64,000 nucleotides of DNA, from assembly GCA_017642485.1 (NCBI GenBank), contig JAGCPC010000116.1:42471-106470 (forward strand). Direction: 5' to 3'. Positions 40,583-50,680 of this stretch are shown here, piece by piece. The notes below the pieces were generated by a model. That model was not told where the DNA came from. It made no database searches and worked only from the letters and a program-made list of their open reading frames with translations. The first letter of the stretch is position 1. Each line of letters begins with the position of its first letter. The translations under genes were made by a program, and so were the position numbers. The stretch comes from Prevotella sp. (GTDB lineage Bacteria; Bacteroidota; Bacteroidia; Bacteroidales; Bacteroidaceae).

Positions 40583-41902
40583 ATGAACATAATTAGATTT
40601 CCAAATAGAGAAGACTACGCCAAGATATGCGAGCGTCCGCAGATGGACACTTCGCAGCTGAACGCCATAGTAGAGGGTGTGCTGAAGGACATCAAGGAGA
40701 ATGGCGACAAGGCTGTGAAGGCATACGAGGAGAAGTTTGACAAAGTGAGCCTCGACAGTCTCGCCGTAACAGAGGCTGATATGCAGGAGGCGGAGCAGCT
40801 TGTTGACAAGAAGCTGATGGATGCCCTCGTGCTGGCTCACAAGAATATAGCCAAGTTTCACGAGTCGCAGAAGTTTGAGGGCGAGAAGGTGGAGACAGCT
40901 CCTGGCGTGACCTGCTGGCAGAAGAGCGTGGCAATAGAGAAGGTGGGTCTGTATATCCCTGGAGGTACGGCACCCTTGTTCTCTACCGTGCTGATGCTCG
41001 CCACGCCTGCCAAGATAGCGGGTTGCAAGGAGATAGTGCTGTGCACACCTCCTAACCGCGAGGGCAAGGTAAACCCCGCCATACTGATGGCTGCTAAGGT
41101 GGCTGGCGTGAGCAAGATATTCAAGGCTGGCGGCGTGCAGGCTATCGGAGCGATGGCATACGGCACGGAGTCGGTGCCTAAGGTGTATAAGATATTCGGT
41201 CCTGGCAACCAGTTTGTGATGGCTGCTAAGCAACAGGTATCGCTGCACGATGTGGCTATCGACATGCCTGCTGGACCGAGTGAGGTTTGCGTGATAGCCG
41301 ACGCGACGAGCAACCCCGTCTTTGTGGCTGCTGACCTGTTGTCACAGGCTGAGCACGGAATGGACTCACAGGTGCTCTTCATATCCACCTCGGAGGATAT
41401 GCTCCACGAGGTAATCAGGGAGACGGAGAAGCAGCTGGCTGCCCTGCCACGCAAAGAGATGGCAGAGGCATCGCTCGCCAACTCACAGTTTGTACTGGTA
41501 AAAGACAGCGAGGAGGCGATGGTGCTGAGCAACACCTACGCCCCAGAGCACCTCATCATAGCAACGAGCGACTACGAGGCTCTTGCCGAGAAGGTGGTGA
41601 ATGCCGGCTCGGTATTCCTGGGCAACTACGCTTGCGAAAGTGCCGGCGACTACGCTTCGGGCACCAACCACACGCTGCCCACCCACGGCTATGCCCTTGC
41701 CTACAATGGTGTGAACCTGGACTCATACAACCGCAAGGTGACTTTCCAACATCTCACCGAAGAGGGCATAAAGTCTATAGGCAAGGCTGTGGTGCTGATG
41801 GCTGAGAATGAACAATTAGAGGCTCACGCAAACGCAATGAGGCTGAGGTTAAACAGCCCCCTCCCAGCCTCCCCCTTCAGGGGAGAAGTTCTAAACAACT
41901 AA
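40583..41902 (+). CDS. hisD: histidinol dehydrogenase
   Basis: GLYIPGG, DMPAGPSE, SQAEH, APEHL, GDYASGTNHTLPT. Confidence 0.97.
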   Translation: MNIIRFPNREDYAKICERPQMDTSQLNAIVEGVLKDIKENGDKAVKAYEEKFDKVSLDSLAVTEADMQEAEQLVDKKLMDALVLAHKNIAKFHESQKFEGEKVETAPGVTCWQKSVAIEKVGLYIPGGTAPLFSTVLMLATPAKIAGCKEIVLCTPPNREGKVNPAILMAAKVAGVSKIFKAGGVQAIGAMAYGTESVPKVYKIFGPGNQFVMAAKQQVSLHDVAIDMPAGPSEVCVIADATSNPVFVAADLLSQAEHGMDSQVLFISTSEDMLHEVIRETEKQLAALPRKEMAEASLANSQFVLVKDSEEAMVLSNTYAPEHLIIATSDYEALAEKVVNAGSVFLGNYACESAGDYASGTNHTLPTHGYALAYNGVNLDSYNRKVTFQHLTEEGIKSIGKAVVLMAENEQLEAHANAMRLRLNSPLPASPFRGEVLNN

Positions 41903-41919
41903 TTTCCCAAACGACTAAA

Positions 41920-43314
41920 TTGTCTAAAGACGAATTACTCAACCTGCTGAGGCAAGAAGGGAGTGAGATGTCACTTCGTGAGAAAGTGCACCTCACCGTC
42001 CTGCTGAGCATACCAGCCATAATAGCACAGTTCTCATTCATCGCCATGCAGATGATTGACGCCGCCATGCTGGGACACCTCAGCACTGATGAGGCAGCTG
42101 CCGTAGGACTGGTATCGACCACGATATGGCTCTTTGGCGGACTGACATCTGCCTTTGCCAGTGGTTTTGCCGTGCAGGTGGCTCACCGCATAGGTGCAGG
42201 CGACAAGGTGGGGGCTCGAAGCGTGATAAGACAAGGACTGCTGTCGGGATTTGTCTTCGCCTGCCTGATGATGGCTATAGGACTGAGCATAGCGCCCCAC
42301 CTGCCCCACTGGCTCGGAGCATCACAGCATATATGCGACGAGGCATCGAAATACTTCAGCATCTTCTGTCTGGGCATACCGCTGATAGTGCTCAACGGAG
42401 TAGCGGCAGGCAGTCTGAGATGCTCTGGAAACATCAAGGTGCCGAGTATGCTGATGGTGATGATGTGCGTACTGGACGTGATATTCAACTACGTATTCAT
42501 CTTCATGCTCAACTGCGGAACGGCAGGTGCGGCATACGGCACCATAACGGCTTACTTCATCACCATGTGTGCTATGGTGTATGCCATGTCGGTAAGGGAC
42601 AAGGTGCTGAACTTCAGGCAGGATGCAGTTCTGAACTTCAAACCCAAACTGAAGATACTCAAGAAGACTTTCCGCATAGGATTTCCCATTGGGCTGGAGC
42701 GCGGAGTGACCTGTACGGCACAGATAGCGATATCATCAATCATCGCCCCATTAGGAAGCATCGCCATAGCCGCCAACACGTTTGGCATCAACATAGAGTC
42801 GCTGTGCTACATGCCTGGACACGGAATAGCCGAGGCTGCCACCACGCTGGTAGGACAGAGCAAGGGAGCCTCCAAGCGCAACCTGATGCACTCGTTTGCA
42901 TGGATATGTATGGCACTTGGCGTAAGCATCATGGCACTGATGGGACTGCTGATGTGGATGTTTGCCCCAGAGATGTTCAGCGTGATAACGCCAGACAGGG
43001 AGGTGATAGCCCTCGGCACGGAGATACTGCGCATAGAGGCATGGGCTGAACCAGGTTTTGCTGCTGCTATCATAGCATCGGCAGTATTTGTGGGAGCAGG
43101 CAAGACGCTCATACCGTCGTTGATGAACCTGGGCAGTATATGGGTAGTACGCGTATCGCTCACCCTCCTACTCGCCCCCACTATGGGCTTGCGTGGAGTG
43201 TGGATAGCAATGGCTATAGAACTCTGTTTCCGTGGATTGATATTCACCCTCAGACTCTGCACACGGAAGTGGTCGTTTATAAAGGATAGGAGTAAAAGAG
43301 GAGTTAAGAATTAA
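41920..43314 (+). CDS. MATE family efflux transporter
   Basis: About 12 TMs; IDAAMLGHL, AATTLVGQSKGA, MGLRGVWIA. Confidence 0.92.
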   Translation: MSKDELLNLLRQEGSEMSLREKVHLTVLLSIPAIIAQFSFIAMQMIDAAMLGHLSTDEAAAVGLVSTTIWLFGGLTSAFASGFAVQVAHRIGAGDKVGARSVIRQGLLSGFVFACLMMAIGLSIAPHLPHWLGASQHICDEASKYFSIFCLGIPLIVLNGVAAGSLRCSGNIKVPSMLMVMMCVLDVIFNYVFIFMLNCGTAGAAYGTITAYFITMCAMVYAMSVRDKVLNFRQDAVLNFKPKLKILKKTFRIGFPIGLERGVTCTAQIAISSIIAPLGSIAIAANTFGINIESLCYMPGHGIAEAATTLVGQSKGASKRNLMHSFAWICMALGVSIMALMGLLMWMFAPEMFSVITPDREVIALGTEILRIEAWAEPGFAAAIIASAVFVGAGKTLIPSLMNLGSIWVVRVSLTLLLAPTMGLRGVWIAMAIELCFRGLIFTLRLCTRKWSFIKDRSKRGVKN

Positions 43315-43344
43315 GAGTTAATAATTAAGAGTTAAGAAACTCCT

Positions 43345-44193
43345 ATGACAATAATAAGAGATAAGGAATTTGGAGGCGAGCGCCCACTGTACTGTTCTCA
43401 TGACCTGCGTCTTGAGAACGTGACAATACACGTTGGCGAGTCGTCTATAAAGGAATCAAGCAATATAGAGGCAGAGGACTGCACCTTTGAAGGGAAGTAT
43501 GTGTTTTGGGAAACATACGGTTTCAAGATAAACAACTGCTACTTCAATGAGAGTGCACGCTCGAGCCTGTGGTACTCCAAGGACTGCCTCATGACAAACT
43601 GCACCGTAGATGCGCCAAAGATGTTTCGCAGAATGGAGAATATACGTGTGGAGAACACCGTGTTCAACAAGGGCGAGGAGATGCTGTGGGACTGCAACAA
43701 CGTAAGGCTGAAGGACGTTACGATAAAGAACTGCGACTATCTCTTCATGCACACTGACAACATCAGGATAGACAACTACCGTCAGGACGGCAACTACGCC
43801 TTTCAGTACTCCAAGAACGTGGAGATACACCATGCGGTGATCAACTCCAAGGATGCCTTTTGGGAGGCTGAGAACGTTACACTCGTTGATTGCGAGGTGA
43901 ATGGCGAATACCTTGCCTGGTATGGTAAGAACATACGCTTGGTTCGTTGCCACCTCACTGGAGAGCAGCTGCTATGCTATGTTGATGGTCTGACGATGGA
44001 GGACTGCACATTCGGCGAGGATGCCAACCTGCTCTTTGAATACTCCACCGTCAATGGCAATATAAAAGGCGACGTAACATCAATAAAGAACCCCACCTCA
44101 GGTACTATCACCGTAGAGGGAAAGATAGGCGAACTGATATTCGACGAAAACCAGAAGCAGCCAGCTGATGCAGTGGTAAAAGAACTACAATAG
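43345..44193 (+). CDS. DUF3737-family beta-helix protein
   Basis: FGGERPLY, GESSIKE, APKMFR, GNYAFQY, SKDAFW, GEYLAW. Confidence 0.88.
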   Translation: MTIIRDKEFGGERPLYCSHDLRLENVTIHVGESSIKESSNIEAEDCTFEGKYVFWETYGFKINNCYFNESARSSLWYSKDCLMTNCTVDAPKMFRRMENIRVENTVFNKGEEMLWDCNNVRLKDVTIKNCDYLFMHTDNIRIDNYRQDGNYAFQYSKNVEIHHAVINSKDAFWEAENVTLVDCEVNGEYLAWYGKNIRLVRCHLTGEQLLCYVDGLTMEDCTFGEDANLLFEYSTVNGNIKGDVTSIKNPTSGTITVEGKIGELIFDENQKQPADAVVKELQ

Positions 44194-44230
44194 ATACTAT
44201 AGATACTATAGAACTATAGTCACTATAACG

Positions 44231-45394
44231 ATGAAATACTCTTTTGACAAAATAATCAACCGCATAGGCACAGACTCCTATAAGTATGACACACTCCCAA
44301 AAGAGGGTGGAAAGGGTCAACCTATAGCCCTGTGGGTGGCAGACATGGACTTCGAGACAGCGCCCTGCGTGATGCAGGCACTAAGGAAGCGCATGGAGCA
44401 CGGTTGCTTCGGCTATACCGCCGTGCCTGACTCGTTCTATCAAGCTACCATAGATTGGTTTGCCCGCAGGCATGGTTGGAAGGGCATAAAGAAGGAGTGG
44501 TTCATATACACCTCTGGCGTAGTACCAGCCATATCGGCTATCATCAAGGCGATGACAACGGCTGGCGACAGCGTTCTGCTTCATAACCCTGCTTACAACT
44601 GTTTCTTCTCAAGCATACGCAACAATGAATGTAAGACTGAGCGTGTTGGGGTATTCGACGATATAGAAGAGAAGTGCAGCAACCCTAACGTAAAAGTTCT
44701 CCTGCTGTGCAATCCTCACAACCCTACGGGGCATGTATGGACTGAGGCAGAACTGACACGTATCGCCGAGGTATGCCAACAACATGATGTCTTTGTCATT
44801 GCCGACGAGATACATTGTGAGTTCATCAATCCTAACATAGGCAAGCGCTACATACCTTTTGCCACTATTGCAGAAAAAGTTAACGCTAACCTTAACCTTA
44901 ACGTTAACCCTTTGCGCTATGCCGTCTGTGTGTCGCCCTCTAAGGCATTCAATATAGCAGGACTGCAGATAGCCAACATCATCTGTCCTGATGACAGCAT
45001 ACGCCGACGCATAGACAGGGCAATAAACATCAATGAGGTGTGTGACGTAAACCCATTTGGCGTAATAGCCCTGCAAGCCGCCTACACAGAGGAAGGAGAA
45101 GAATGGCTGACAACTCTGAACGAATATATCTATGCCAACTATGACTATGCGGTGGCTTACATCAAAGAGCACTTCCCCCAATGGAAGCCCTACCCTCTCG
45201 AAGGCACATACCTCCTATGGGTTGATACAGGAGAAGATGCTGATGCTCTATGCCAAAGGTTTCAACAGGAGTGCAACGTATTCATCAGTCCTGGCTCCAT
45301 GTACGGCGACAACCGCCATATACGCATCAACCTCGCCACCCAGCGTGCAAGGCTCGCTGAGAGTTTTGAAAGAATATATAGTATTGGCAAATAG
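44231..45394 (+). CDS. MalY/PatB-family PLP-dependent C-S lyase
   Basis: LWVADMDF, LCNPHNPTG, DEIH, SPSKAFNIAGL, EGTYLLW. Confidence 0.92.
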   Translation: MKYSFDKIINRIGTDSYKYDTLPKEGGKGQPIALWVADMDFETAPCVMQALRKRMEHGCFGYTAVPDSFYQATIDWFARRHGWKGIKKEWFIYTSGVVPAISAIIKAMTTAGDSVLLHNPAYNCFFSSIRNNECKTERVGVFDDIEEKCSNPNVKVLLLCNPHNPTGHVWTEAELTRIAEVCQQHDVFVIADEIHCEFINPNIGKRYIPFATIAEKVNANLNLNVNPLRYAVCVSPSKAFNIAGLQIANIICPDDSIRRRIDRAININEVCDVNPFGVIALQAAYTEEGEEWLTTLNEYIYANYDYAVAYIKEHFPQWKPYPLEGTYLLWVDTGEDADALCQRFQQECNVFISPGSMYGDNRHIRINLATQRARLAESFERIYSIGK

Positions 45395-45436
45395 TATTGT
45401 CTTTAACTTCTTTAACTTCTCTAACTTCTAAAAGAA

Positions 45437-46471
45437 ATGAAATCCCTTCAAGAACTTACAAGACCAAACATCTGGTCATTGGCACCATACTCAAGTGCCC
45501 GCAACGAATACAGCGGACATGCGGCACACGTATTTCTGGATGCAAACGAGAATCCATACAACAATCCATACAACCGCTATCCTGACCCACTGCAGGAGGA
45601 GGTGAAGGAGAAGTTGAGCAAGATAAAGGGGGTGCCTGCAGAGTGCATATTCCTGGGTAATGGCTCGGACGAGGCTATCGACCTCGTATATCGTTGTTTC
45701 TGCGAACCTCAGAAGGATAACGTGGTGGCAATATGCCCTACATACGGCATGTATGAGGTGTGTGCCGACATAAATAACGTGGAATATCGCAACGTGATGC
45801 TCGACGAAAACTACCAGGTGTGTGCCGACAAACTACTTGCTGCTTGCGACAGCAATACCAAGGCGATATGGATATGTAGTCCCAACAACCCCACGGGCAA
45901 CAGCATCAACCGCGAGGAGATCATCAAGGTCATCGAGGCGTTTGATGGATTGGTGATAGTTGACGAGGCATATATCGACTTCTCACGCGAAGTGACTATC
46001 TCGAGGTTGCTCGGCAAATACACTAACCTCATAGTACTCCAGACCCTCTCCAAGGCATGGGGCTCGGCTGCCATACGTCTCGGAATGGCGTTCGCCTCAA
46101 AGGAGATAATCAGTATATACAATAAGGTGAAATACCCTTACAACGTTAATCTCCTTACTCAGCAGCAGGCTCTCAACCGCCTCTCCAACACCTACGATGT
46201 GGAGCAGTGGGTAAAGATGCTACTGCAGGAGCGAAGCCGTATGCTCAGCGCCTTCGCCGAACTGAAAATCTGTGAGAAGGTCTATCCCACCGATGCAAAT
46301 TTCTTCCTTGCTAAGGTTACTGATGCACAGAAGATATACGACTACCTCGTAGAAAAGGGCATCATCGTGCGCAACCGCACTCGCATCTCATTGTGTCAGA
46401 ACTGCCTGCGTATCACCATCGGCACCAGAGACGAAAACAACGAACTACTCGGAGCACTGAGATCTATTTGA
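45437..46471 (+). CDS. hisC: histidinol-phosphate aminotransferase
   Basis: [28 protein letters not shown]...RLG. Confidence 0.96.
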   Translation: MKSLQELTRPNIWSLAPYSSARNEYSGHAAHVFLDANENPYNNPYNRYPDPLQEEVKEKLSKIKGVPAECIFLGNGSDEAIDLVYRCFCEPQKDNVVAICPTYGMYEVCADINNVEYRNVMLDENYQVCADKLLAACDSNTKAIWICSPNNPTGNSINREEIIKVIEAFDGLVIVDEAYIDFSREVTISRLLGKYTNLIVLQTLSKAWGSAAIRLGMAFASKEIISIYNKVKYPYNVNLLTQQQALNRLSNTYDVEQWVKMLLQERSRMLSAFAELKICEKVYPTDANFFLAKVTDAQKIYDYLVEKGIIVRNRTRISLCQNCLRITIGTRDENNELLGALRSI

Positions 46472-46493
46472 TAGATTATAGATTATAGATGAC

Positions 46494-47615
46494 ATGATAA
46501 AAAGACTTGCTGTAGTAATCATAATTTGTCAATTTGTCAATTTGTTAATTTGTCAATTTGCAATAGCACAGGACATGCAGTCCATCTCTCTCCGCAAGGG
46601 CAATATGGAGATGAGTGTCATAAACTATGGTGCACGTATCCAAACACTTAAGTTTGCTGGACAGGATATGGTGCTGGGTTTTGACACCCTCAGTCACTAT
46701 GCTCAGAAGAAACAAAACTTTGGTGCTATAGTGGGTCGCTACATAGGACGTATCATCGGTGGAAAACTGCCTATCAGTTACCTTAACGAAACGCCTAACC
46801 ATAACAAAAGATCTACCTGCAAGGGGAAGGGGGAGGCTTTCATCCAACTCCAAGTGGGCAATAACGGCGACTGCTCTCATGGTGGCACCCCTGGTTTCTC
46901 ACAACAGTATTGGACCATCACCTCTCATAATGACAGCACCTGCAGTCTGCGATTCGTATCACCTGATGGTGAGAACGGTTTTCCTGGTGAACTGACTCTT
47001 GATGTCACCTATACCCTGCAACATGATGCACTGCGTATAGACTACAGCGCCACAACCACTAAGCCTACTGTGCTCAATCCTTCGAATCACTCTTTCTTTA
47101 ATCTCAGCGCCAACCTCGGCGACACCGTTCTTGACGAACTGCTGTGGATAAACAGCGATAGTACCGCCCTCTACAATAGTAGCAAACAGGTGACAGGCAA
47201 ACTCGCCAACGTCACTGATACACCTTTCGACTTCCGTCAACCCACCGCTATCGGTTCTCGCATAGGCAGTAACAACGAGCAGCTGCTCGTCACAAAGGGT
47301 TATGACCACTGCTATAAGTTGCGCAATAGTCGCCCACTCGTTACTCCTGTGGCACGTCTTAGCGACCTATCTACTGGCATATCAATGGAGGTGCTCACTA
47401 CCGAACCTGCCATGCAGATATATACCGCCAACAGCCACAATGGTTCACTGAAGGGTAAGCAAGGCATACCTTACATCAAGCAGAACGCAATATGCTTCGA
47501 GACTATGCACTTCCCTGATTCGCCAAACAACCCTCAGTGGCCTACAACCCTGCTCCGACCGGGTGAAACTTTCCGTAGCACAACAATCTATCGATTCTCC
47601 CTTATATCAGATTAA
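46494..47615 (+). CDS. galM: aldose 1-epimerase family protein with signal peptide
   Basis: HGG, DGENGFPG, NHSFFNL, GYDHCY, CFETMHFPD. Confidence 0.85.
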   Translation: MIKRLAVVIIICQFVNLLICQFAIAQDMQSISLRKGNMEMSVINYGARIQTLKFAGQDMVLGFDTLSHYAQKKQNFGAIVGRYIGRIIGGKLPISYLNETPNHNKRSTCKGKGEAFIQLQVGNNGDCSHGGTPGFSQQYWTITSHNDSTCSLRFVSPDGENGFPGELTLDVTYTLQHDALRIDYSATTTKPTVLNPSNHSFFNLSANLGDTVLDELLWINSDSTALYNSSKQVTGKLANVTDTPFDFRQPTAIGSRIGSNNEQLLVTKGYDHCYKLRNSRPLVTPVARLSDLSTGISMEVLTTEPAMQIYTANSHNGSLKGKQGIPYIKQNAICFETMHFPDSPNNPQWPTTLLRPGETFRSTTIYRFSLISD

Positions 47616-47660
47616 TCAGAATACTCAGATTACTCAGATTACTCAGAACACCCAGACTAA
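47607..47660 (+). repeat. 9-mer TCAGATTAC array (6 units)
   Basis: Spans the galM stop to just before ndk. Confidence 0.85.
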
Positions 47661-47671
47661 AGATAACAACT

Positions 47672-48133
47672 ATGCAGAAAACCCTCGTAATACTCAAACC
47701 ATCATGCCTGCAGCGAGGACTTGTAGGCGAAGTGACAAAACGTTTTGAACAGAAAGGACTACGTCTAGCAGGAATGAAAATGTGCCAACTCACAGACGAA
47801 CAGATGAGTCAGCACTATGCTCAGCACCAAGGCAAACCTTTCTTCCAGCAACTAAAGGATGCCATGATGGTCACGCCTGTTATAGTATGCTGCTATGAAG
47901 GCGTCGATGCCGTAGAAGTAGTACGCCAGATGGCTGGTGCCACCAACGGTCGCAAGGCACTGCCTGGAACTATCCGCGGCGACCTCTCCATGTCATTTCA
48001 GGAAAACATAGTCCACACCAGCGATTCACCCGAAACAGCAGAGGCAGAACTTCGCCGTTTCTTCAGAGATGACGAAATCTTCGACTACCCACAACCACAG
48101 TTCTCCTTCCTATACGCCAGCGACGAACTATAA
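47672..48133 (+). CDS. ndk: nucleoside diphosphate kinase
   Basis: TLVILKP, PGTIRGD, NIVHTSDS. Confidence 0.95.
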   Translation: MQKTLVILKPSCLQRGLVGEVTKRFEQKGLRLAGMKMCQLTDEQMSQHYAQHQGKPFFQQLKDAMMVTPVIVCCYEGVDAVEVVRQMAGATNGRKALPGTIRGDLSMSFQENIVHTSDSPETAEAELRRFFRDDEIFDYPQPQFSFLYASDEL

Positions 48134-48163
48134 CATAACAATACAAATCCCCCAAAATACAAC

Positions 48164-48200
48164 AATTCGGTAGCAAAAGTATTTCAATTGCTACCGAATT
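48164..48200. terminator. bidirectional terminator hairpin
   Basis: AATTCGGTAGCAA...TTGCTACCGAATT between convergent genes. Confidence 0.8.
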
Positions 48201-48227
48201 ATTATTGTGTACACTATACTTGTGGAG

Positions 48228-49208
48228 TTACTCTATAACTGCACCACTATATTTCACATATTTGATTTTCTTTCCCTTGGGTACAACAGGTTTTTTCCAT
48301 GTACCGTCGAGAACGAGTATCTTGGTTTTCTTGCAAGAAGGTGCAGCATCAACCGCTTCCTGAAGCGTGAGGAAGTTTCCCCTACCCTTGGCAGAAACAA
48401 CATAGTCATAGTGGCATGCGTACTTCTTGAGCTCTGGACAAACCTTTGTCATCTCATCAAGTAACAACGAAGCCATAATCCTTGCTCCGTACACATTGAA
48501 ATGGGTGTTGTCCTTACCATTATATTTTATCATATGCAGTTCCCTTGAGCCTTCTACACCGAGTTTGTTCTCCAGTTCGGTTGATATCCTGTTGGCATCA
48601 ACAAACGGCACATAAAATTCCCTTGCAATAGCTTGAGGCACCTTGGCATAATCTCCGTGGGTATCTACAAGAGTATCACTGTTTACCTTTTCCTCACCAT
48701 TATACTTATCACGGTTTACACTACGCAAAGCCTCGTCGTCAATCTCCTCTTTCGTCTTGGCATTGAAGAAGTTACGACGTGCTACGCAGTTCATCACTAT
48801 GGGAGTAACACCTTTCTCCTTGGCACCACGTATGAAGGTGCGATAGTTCTCGGCAAACTCCTGCCAAGGACGAGTATAGCGATCGGCACTCTTACTCTTT
48901 TCGTCATTATGTCCGAACTGTATCACGAGATAGTCTCCTGGCCTCATGCTATCAAGCACTTTCTGCCAGCGTCCTTCGTTTATAAAAGACTTAGAGGAGC
49001 GTCCATTAATAGCATGGTTGTCCACTTTCACATTTTCTGTAAAGAATCCCTGCAACACCATACCCCAGCCTCTCTCTTCTGGAGCCTTCTTCATGTCTTT
49101 GTCAGCCATTGTGGAGTCACCTATCATATAGATGGTGAACTGCCGGGTGGAGGATGTCATTAAGATGAGTAATGACAATACCAATGTTATAGAAAGTAGC
49201 TTCTTCAC
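48228..49208 (-). CDS. CE12 rhamnogalacturonan/pectin acetylesterase with short pectinesterase-like tail
   Basis: GDST, GRSSKSF, QFGHND, DNTHF; tail YDYVVSAKGRGNFLTLQEAVDAAP. Confidence 0.85.
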   Translation of the reverse strand: MKKLLSITLVLSLLILMTSSTRQFTIYMIGDSTMADKDMKKAPEERGWGMVLQGFFTENVKVDNHAINGRSSKSFINEGRWQKVLDSMRPGDYLVIQFGHNDEKSKSADRYTRPWQEFAENYRTFIRGAKEKGVTPIVMNCVARRNFFNAKTKEEIDDEALRSVNRDKYNGEEKVNSDTLVDTHGDYAKVPQAIAREFYVPFVDANRISTELENKLGVEGSRELHMIKYNGKDNTHFNVYGARIMASLLLDEMTKVCPELKKYACHYDYVVSAKGRGNFLTLQEAVDAAPSCKKTKILVLDGTWKKPVVPKGKKIKYVKYSGAVIE

Positions 49209-49233
49209 TGTTATTAAGTTTTATTATTGTCGA

Positions 49234-50637
49234 TTATCCTTTCAGAACAGTAATCATTTCCTCGGGAGTAAGCAGTTGCTGTTCGCCCGTAATCATATCC
49301 TTGAGTGTCACCTTGCCCTGGCTTATCTCATTCTCTCCAGCGAGCGCAACGTATGGAACGTTCAGAGCATTAGCGTATGACATCTGTTTCTTCATTTTTA
49401 CGGAGTCTGCATATACTTCAGTACGTATGCCAGCCTTACGCATGGTCTGTGCTATCGGCATACAATAGTTTGTCTCCATCTCGCCAAAATTGATAAACAA
49501 CAGTTGAGTACCTGTTACTGTCTCCTTAGGATAAAGATCCAGTTGGTTGAGTACGTCATAGATGCGGTCTGCACCAAACGAGATACCTACACCGCTAAGG
49601 CCAGGCATGCCGAAAATGCCAGTAAGATTATCATAACGTCCGCCTCCTGTGATGCTACCAATCTGCACATCAAGAGCTTTCACCTCAAATATGGCTCCTG
49701 TATAGTAATTGAGTCCGCGTGCCAATGTAAGGTCCAGTTGTACCATAGCGCTACCCCATCCTTCTGACGTAGGCACGGCGCTGATACCGTCTGTATCAAG
49801 GGCACCAAGTTGGGTGAGTATGTAGCGAACTTCCTCAACACCCTTCATACCCACTTCCGACTCGCGAAGTACTGTTGATATAGTGTCGAGTTTCTGGGCG
49901 TTGGTACCTTCCAACTTTATGATGGGTTGGAGCTTTTCTATAGCAGCTTCAGAGATACCATCGTTGCGTAGTTCATCATTGACAGCATCAAGTCCGATCT
50001 TGTCGAGTTTATCGATGGCAACAGTAATATCTACTATCTTTTCTGACTCGCCGATGACTTCTGCTATACCAGAGAGTATCTTGCGGTTATTGAGTTTTAT
50101 CTGCACTCTCACGCCAAAACGTGTAAATATATCATCTGTGATGTGCATGAGATCAACCTCGTTGAGTAATGAGTCGGACCCTACGACATCTACATCACAC
50201 TGATAAAACTCACGGTATCGTCCTTTCTGCGGACGATCGGCGCGCCATACGGGCTGTATCTGATAACGTTTGAATGGCAACTGTAACTCTTCCCTATGCT
50301 GTACCACATAACGTGCAAATGGTACTGTAAGGTCATAACGCAAGCCTTTCTCACAAAACTTCGTTGCCAGTTTTAGTGTGCTTGTGTTGGCAACTTCTTC
50401 AGCTGTCATACCATGCAGGAAATCGCCAGAGTTAAGTATCTTGAAAAGGAGTTTGTCACCCTCGTCTCCATACTTTCCCATGAGTGTGGAAAGATTTTCC
50501 TGTGCTGGTGTTTCTATCTGACGAAATCCGTAGAGTTCGAATACGCTACGGACGGTATTAAAGATATAGTTGCGCTTGGCCATCTCCAAAGGGCCGAAAT
50601 CCCTTGTACCTTTGGGGATAGAAGGTTTTTGTGCCAT
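49234..50637 (-). CDS. hisS: histidine--tRNA ligase
   Basis: [41 protein letters not shown]. Confidence 0.97.
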   Translation of the reverse strand: MAQKPSIPKGTRDFGPLEMAKRNYIFNTVRSVFELYGFRQIETPAQENLSTLMGKYGDEGDKLLFKILNSGDFLHGMTAEEVANTSTLKLATKFCEKGLRYDLTVPFARYVVQHREELQLPFKRYQIQPVWRADRPQKGRYREFYQCDVDVVGSDSLLNEVDLMHITDDIFTRFGVRVQIKLNNRKILSGIAEVIGESEKIVDITVAIDKLDKIGLDAVNDELRNDGISEAAIEKLQPIIKLEGTNAQKLDTISTVLRESEVGMKGVEEVRYILTQLGALDTDGISAVPTSEGWGSAMVQLDLTLARGLNYYTGAIFEVKALDVQIGSITGGGRYDNLTGIFGMPGLSGVGISFGADRIYDVLNQLDLYPKETVTGTQLLFINFGEMETNYCMPIAQTMRKAGIRTEVYADSVKMKKQMSYANALNVPYVALAGENEISQGKVTLKDMITGEQQLLTPEEMITVLKG

Positions 50638-50640
50638 AAT

Positions 50641-50680
50641 CTTTTAACTTTTGAACCTTTGAACCATTGAACCTTTTAAC
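50641..50680. repeat. 8-mer TTTTGAAC-family array at the purA/hisS junction
   Basis: CTTTTAAC TTTTGAAC CTTTGAAC CATTGAAC CTTTTAAC. Confidence 0.88.

Noticed and set aside
42126-43049. 307-aa alternative-frame ORF inside MATE (and similar shadow ORFs across the window)
   Set aside because: Fully overlaps a well-supported gene, has no recognisable motifs, and is expected from codon bias.
49745-49800. GTAG-type REP inserted in hisS (apparent short loop insertion)
   Set aside because: Single weak palindrome with no second copy in the window; cannot be supported without an alignment.
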